Part shown: positions 58,801 to 64,000 of the stretch, piece by piece | Numbering within the stretch: the first letter of the stretch is position 1 | Layout: every line of letters begins with the position of its first letter | NCBI GenBank assembly: GCA_963514005.1 | Contig: OY740807.1 | Location: 30,380,001-30,444,000 of the forward strand | Reading direction: 5' to 3' | DNA: 64,000 bases | Source: Raja brachyura | Taxonomy: Eukaryota | Made by a program: the position numbers and the translations under genes | The notes under the pieces: model-generated | What the model was told of the DNA's origin: nothing | The model's database searches: none | The model's input: only the letters and a program-made list of their open reading frames with translations

Positions 58801-59889
58801 TTAGACCCTGGTCTCCTTTCGAGCGCGCTGTGCTGCAGCAGTCAGGCACTTGAACAGGCAAAGTATGGAAGGATTCGGTCCTCGAGTGTGCATGAGGGAT
58901 TGAGCGGGCAAGTGAGATCGTTGTAGGTAGGCAAATAAGTTGGCATGGACATGGTGGTCTGAAGGGCCCAATTCTGTGCTGTCCAACTCTATGACTCACT
59001 GACTGTCATCCTGAGAGCACATGTCTTAGAGCCAGGAGAATAGGCAGCCTTCAGCAACCGCAGGGAAATAACCACAGCGTGGTGAACGTTGCCACAGGTC
59101 TAGAACTCAAGGCACTTGAGCCAAGGGGGTTTAAATCATTCTTTCACTGAATTTCCTTTAGAACTAAATATCATATTCTATTATCGTTGTTGTTGATCCA
59201 TTTGTGCAGCTGAGGTTGAATGAACGCATTTAATGTAGCTAACTTGATTTTTTTTTTCATGTTTTCCATCCATCAGTCCCTTACCCTCGGAGTGTTTTGT
59301 GTTGCTGTCAATTCGGAGCACAAGATGAATGCCTGTTCAGGTGGATGTGGGCACCGCAAGCATTTAAACTCCCACTGTTCTGTGATGTTTGCCCACTCTC
59401 TGGACAAGCTTCTTGCGATCATTCAAAGGAGAGGACAGTTCAGACATGTTGCCTGAGTCCAATCAGTGGTACCATCTCATTGAGACCACGAGGAGTTTCG
59501 CCGGCTAATTGTTACCCAGGTCTAGCCTCGGAAAGCAATCAATGTCGTGAACTGCAGTGTGTTATTGCTAGGTTCAATAACAGGATAATGCCTCTTACAA
59601 TAACAGTGGACACTTGCAGATAGCTTGAAGGCTTGCAATGTTGACATACTGCAGAGGCAGGATTTTTGCTGATGTTGTGTAGCAGTGCAATAACATCATG
59701 AAGAGGAGTATTAGCCCAAGACAAATGCCCAGTTTTGCCTGCAACAATATTTTGCCTAAAAGAGGCAAGGAAGGCTCGATCTTCAGTGTAGACTGGGTTG
59801 AGAGTCACCTGTAGGCTTACAGTAGTCAGGCTCTGAATGCAAGTTCCTTGTAATTGGCCCTTTAAATGTCATTGTCTCTTAGCATTTAA

Positions 59890-60193
59890 TTCAGTGTAGT
59901 TTGCTGCACGGAAACAGACCCGTCGGCCCATCGAGACCGTGTCGGCCAGCGATCCCCACACACACTAACACTATCCTACATACACCTGGGGACAATTTAC
60001 AATTATACCAAGCCAATTAACCTCTAAGCCTGTACGTTTTTGGAGTGTGGGTGGAAACCGGAGCTCCCGGAGAAAACCCACGCAGATCATGGGGAAGGAA
60101 GTACAAGCTCCGTACAGGCAAGCGTCTGTAGTCAGGATCGAACCCGGGTCTCTGGCACTGCAAGACAGCAACTCTACCACTGCGCCGCCGTGC
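59890..60193 (-). mobile_element. V-SINE
   Basis: Tail, V-domain and head. Confidence 0.9.
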
Positions 60194-60859
60194 ACCAATA
60201 TCAGTAAACGCTGATTCTTCTGCAAGCGAACCCTTCTTTGATAGTTGAACGTTCCATTAACGATGCAATATGGACATTGCACCATTGCTGATGTCATTTG
60301 GATGTTTATGTTGCTGGAAAAACAGTGCCAGGGAACATGAGATTCTTGCCCAAAAAGGAGCACATCGTGTTAGTAACTAACGCAGGACAGCCAGAAACCC
60401 ACAATCTCTTCAATCCAGATGAATGTGATTTTCAACTTCAACACCATAACTGCAAGATCAGAACGTGATCTTCAACACCATAACCTCTGGCGTTGCGCAG
60501 TTGGATTTCTTACTGGAGATTGGCTACACTGACAACATAAAGTTGGGACATCCTGTATATCTACTTTTTGCAACTTGCACACTCAAACAAGAACATTTGA
60601 GTTCCTCCCCCAAGGCCTCTCCACTAGCACATGTGAACACTATCATTTAACTGCTGAAATGTGCAAACGAAGACCTGCAAGATGCCGGTTAATACCAAAG
60701 ATAGACACAAAGTACTGCAGTATCTCAGCGGGTCAGGCAGCATCTCTGGAGAAATAGGATCGTTTCAGGCCGGAACCCTTCTTCAGATTCAGTCAACGGG
60801 ATTTTGAGATCTTGTGTATGTCACGCAAACCACTGCAGGAGCTTGGGTGGAGACCATGG

Positions 60860-61091
60860 TATGCTACGCTAGCTCTATCATATATGGGGACAAATTATAA
60901 TTTTACCGTAGACAATTAAGCTACAAACCTGTACGACTTTGGAGTTTGGGAGGAAACCGGAGCACCAGGAGAAAACCCATGTAATCACAGGGAGAACGTA
61001 CAAATTCTGTACAGACAGCACCCGTAGTCAGTATCGAAGCTGGGTCTCTGGCGCCGTAAGGCAGCAACTCTACCGCTGCGCCACCGTGCCG
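60860..61091 (-). mobile_element. V-SINE (another deleted copy at about 61290-61506)
   Basis: V-domain and head. Confidence 0.85.
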
Positions 61092-61165
61092 CACATCCAC
61101 AATGTCCACAATGTTTATTGAATCTAATGACAAAAGACAATGTTGCCAGATATCGTCATCTAGGT

Positions 61166-61232
61166 CAGGGGTCTCCAAACTATGGCCCGCCAGCCACATC
61201 CAGCCTGCCACGAGATTTTATCCAGCCCGCAG
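61166..61232 (+). mobile_element. hAT-Charlie-type transposon left end
   Basis: CAGGGGTCTCCAAACTATGGCCCGC..CCACATCCAGCCTGCC, preceded by ATCTAGGT (close to the NTCTAGAN Charlie target). Confidence 0.7.
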
Positions 61233-61719
61233 CAAGCTCTTAACACGTTCCGTGTGGCGGGCTATTTAGCGGGTTTTTGTGGTCGCGCAGCTTTAGAGAA
61301 ACGGGCCCTTTGGCCCATCGACGCGATGCCCGTATGCACGAGCACTATCCTAGACACACTTGGGACAAATTCAATTAACCTGCAAACGTGACGTGTGGGA
61401 GAAAACCCACGCAGGTACAAACTCCGTACGGACAGCACCCGTAGTCAGGATGGAACCCGGCTCTCTGGCGCTGTGAGGCAGCGACTCACCGCTGCACCAC
61501 CATGCCACTGGTCCTGGTTTGCAAAGGCAAGTTGTGTGGGGTGGTAGCATGGGGTGGGGAGTGGAGGGGGGGAGCTAGTTGGTGGCAGGGTCGGCCAGGA
61601 TCACCCATGAACAGTGAGGGTGACCCATGAACAGCTCCCGTTCCCGTGCGCCACACTGACCTGGACACTTTGACCGGGTCTCCGCCAACGTGTGCCGGCG
61701 TGGCCACGGGAATCCTCCC

Positions 61720-61881
61720 CTGCCCTCCCTTCCTCCCTCTCTCTCTCTCCCTCTCGCTCTCTCCCCTTTCACTCTCTCCCCCCCCTCTCTTTCTCTCTCC
61801 CTCCCTCTCTCTCTCTGTCTTTCCCCTCCCCCCTCTCTCTCTCTCTCCCCCCCTCCCCCTCCTCCCCCCCTCTCTCTCTCT
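61720..61881. repeat. (CT)n/C-rich microsatellite
   Basis: Direct reading. Confidence 0.9.
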
Positions 61882-61901
61882 TGCTAGCCCTGCGGAGATC
61901 G

Positions 61902-62064
61902 NNNNNNNNNNNNNNNNNNNNNNNNNNNNNNNNNNNNNNNNNNNNNNNNNNNNNNNNNNNNNNNNNNNNNNNNNNNNNNNNNNNNNNNNNNNNNNNNNNN
62001 NNNNNNNNNNNNNNNNNNNNNNNNNNNNNNNNNNNNNNNNNNNNNNNNNNNNNNNNNNNNNNNN
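61902..62064. other. Assembly gap (N)
   Basis: Run of N. Confidence 1.
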
Positions 62065-62184
62065 TGTGTGTGTCAGTGTGTGTGTCTGTGTGTGTGTGTG
62101 AGTGTGTGTGTCAGTGTGTGTGTGTGTCACTGTGTGTGTGTGTGTGTTTGTGTGACTGTGTGTGTGTGTCAGTGTGACTGTGTG
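62065..62184. repeat. (TG)n microsatellite
   Basis: Direct reading. Confidence 0.95.
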
Positions 62185-62490
62185 NNNNNNNNNNNNNNNN
62201 NNNNNNNNNNNNNNNNNNNNNNNNNNNNNNNNNNNNNNNNNNNNNNNNNNNNNNNNNNNNNNNNNNNNNNNNNNNNNNNNNNNNNNNNNNNNNNNNNNNN
62301 NNNNNNNNNNNNNNNNNNNNNNNNNNNNNNNNNNNNNNNNNNNNNNNNNNNNNNNNNNNNNNNNNNNNNNNNNNNNNNNNNNNNNNNNNNNNNNNNNNNN
62401 NNNNNNNNNNNNNNNNNNNNNNNNNNNNNNNNNNNNNNNNNNNNNNNNNNNNNNNNNNNNNNNNNNNNNNNNNNNNNNNNNNNNNNNNNN
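62185..62490. other. Assembly gap (N)
   Basis: Run of N. Confidence 1.
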
Positions 62491-63083
62491 ATGGTCTGCC
62501 AAAATGTGCCAAATATATAATGTGGCTCTCATGCTAAGAAGTTTGGAGGCCCCTGATCTACGTCTATGGATAAGGCTTGCTGTGAAAACGTACCTCCGGC
62601 AGAAACAAATCTGCCATCCCTCGTACCAACATCTCCCACCCTTATAAAACTGGAACAGAGGTGCTCACTCCACCTTTCATTATTTCAAATTGGGGTTGTT
62701 GTATTGCAAAATATAACTCTTTACATTTAAGCAAGCATGTCTTTAAAGGTTATGACAGGAATGGTCTTTGAAGATTTATAAATGTGGACAGATTTTACAA
62801 TCCCTGCATAGAAATGGATTATTAGAAGGCAATTTGCATAAAATTGAGTATCTAATTCAAGCGCTCACACATTCTGCATAAGTGAGATTATTATTAATGG
62901 CCAGCCAGGTCTGGAACGTTGCATGCTGTGTTCTCATTAGGGAGCTCCAGAATTTCACTAATGCACCATTTTCCAACTCCAGATCAAATTCTTCCAGAGG
63001 TTCTGTTTATATATAAAACAGGGTAATATGAACCTGTGCTGTTTCTGTTATTAACTCTCTTTCATCCTGATATGTCTTTGAAC

Positions 63084-63260
63084 NNNNNNNNNNNNNNNNN
63101 NNNNNNNNNNNNNNNNNNNNNNNNNNNNNNNNNNNNNNNNNNNNNNNNNNNNNNNNNNNNNNNNNNNNNNNNNNNNNNNNNNNNNNNNNNNNNNNNNNNN
63201 NNNNNNNNNNNNNNNNNNNNNNNNNNNNNNNNNNNNNNNNNNNNNNNNNNNNNNNNNNNN
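63084..63260. other. Assembly gap (N)
   Basis: Run of N. Confidence 1.
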
Positions 63261-63431
63261 GAGAGAATAGAAAATGCCACTGAGACACTCAGAGACGGAT
63301 TTCCCAATGGATTGTTAAGGCACACAGAAATGTACATCAAAGTGCTGTACTTCAGATTAACGATATTTCAAGATCACAATGCTGCCTATTATGGGAATTA
63401 TTGAATGAATTTCCAACCTTTGATTAAAAAG

Positions 63432-63585
63432 GGCAGCACAGCGATGGAGCTGGTTATCTGCTGCCTCATAGCGCCAATGACTTTGCGTACTGTGTATGTA
63501 GAGTTTGCAGGTTAACCTTGTGACTGCATGGGTTTCCTCCAGGTGATCCGGTTTCCTCCCATGTCCCAAAGATGTGCGGGTTTGG
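63432..63585 (+). mobile_element. V-SINE 5' part (old)
   Basis: Decayed head plus V-domain GGGTTTCCTCCAGGTGATCCGGTTTCCTCCCA. Confidence 0.75.
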
Positions 63586-64000
63586 GCACCGCGGGGGGTG
63601 CAATGCATCCTTCATAAGGATGGGGAAATAGTTGTTTAATAGTATATTTGATATTTAAGAATATTTGTTCGACTTGTACGATGGTGGTGGTTTTTTGTTT
63701 TGAATTATTTAGTATTGTAAATAGTATTGCAAATACCTGAATATTGAAAAATCTGATTTTGAAAAGGAAAACAAAAAAAAAACCAGTGTGACGCAGTGTG
63801 ACCCAAGTTGGCCGTCCGGGAGTCACGGCGCCAGGCGGAAGAGGGCTCCGCTCGAGCCGACTGTCTGGACGCTCTTCCAGGGTTATGTCCGCGCCCGGGT
63901 AGTTTTAGAGAGGGACTACGCGCTGTCCACGGTTACCCTGGGGGATTTCTGGGACCGCAGTGCACTGCGGGGGGTGGAATGCATCCTTCATAAGAGTGGA

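Noticed and set aside
61486-63404. ORFs of 92-348 aa containing X runs
   Set aside because: They span N gaps and microsatellites

Overview
Repeat-dense eukaryotic non-coding DNA (intron or intergenic). The repeat content points to a cartilaginous fish, probably a skate or ray (inference from HE1-type V-SINEs with CR1/HER1-type tails and abundant Penelope-like fragments). No host protein-coding exon, tRNA, rRNA or CRISPR array is supportable; nearly all listed ORFs are repeat, low-complexity or gap artefacts. The window holds roughly 30 tRNA-derived V-SINE copies, many CR1 3' fragments, Rex1/Babar, L1, L2 and RTE LINE remnants, Penelope-like element (PLE) pieces, and several DNA-transposon MITEs (Tc1 IR/DR, PIF/Harbinger-like, hAT-like), plus three N gaps near the end. 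The most interesting signal is RNA-level: about 25 copies of a PLE terminal module carrying a minimal type I hammerhead ribozyme motif (CTGANGA-A-GGGT-CTCG-ACCC-GAAAC-GTC). Several of these are stand-alone 90-170 bp inserts with their own target-site duplications (TSDs). There is also a degenerate HDV-like ribozyme candidate at about 56.73 kb. Family names come from recognising motifs by eye, not from a database search. Boundaries without a TSD are approximate (about 10-30 bp).
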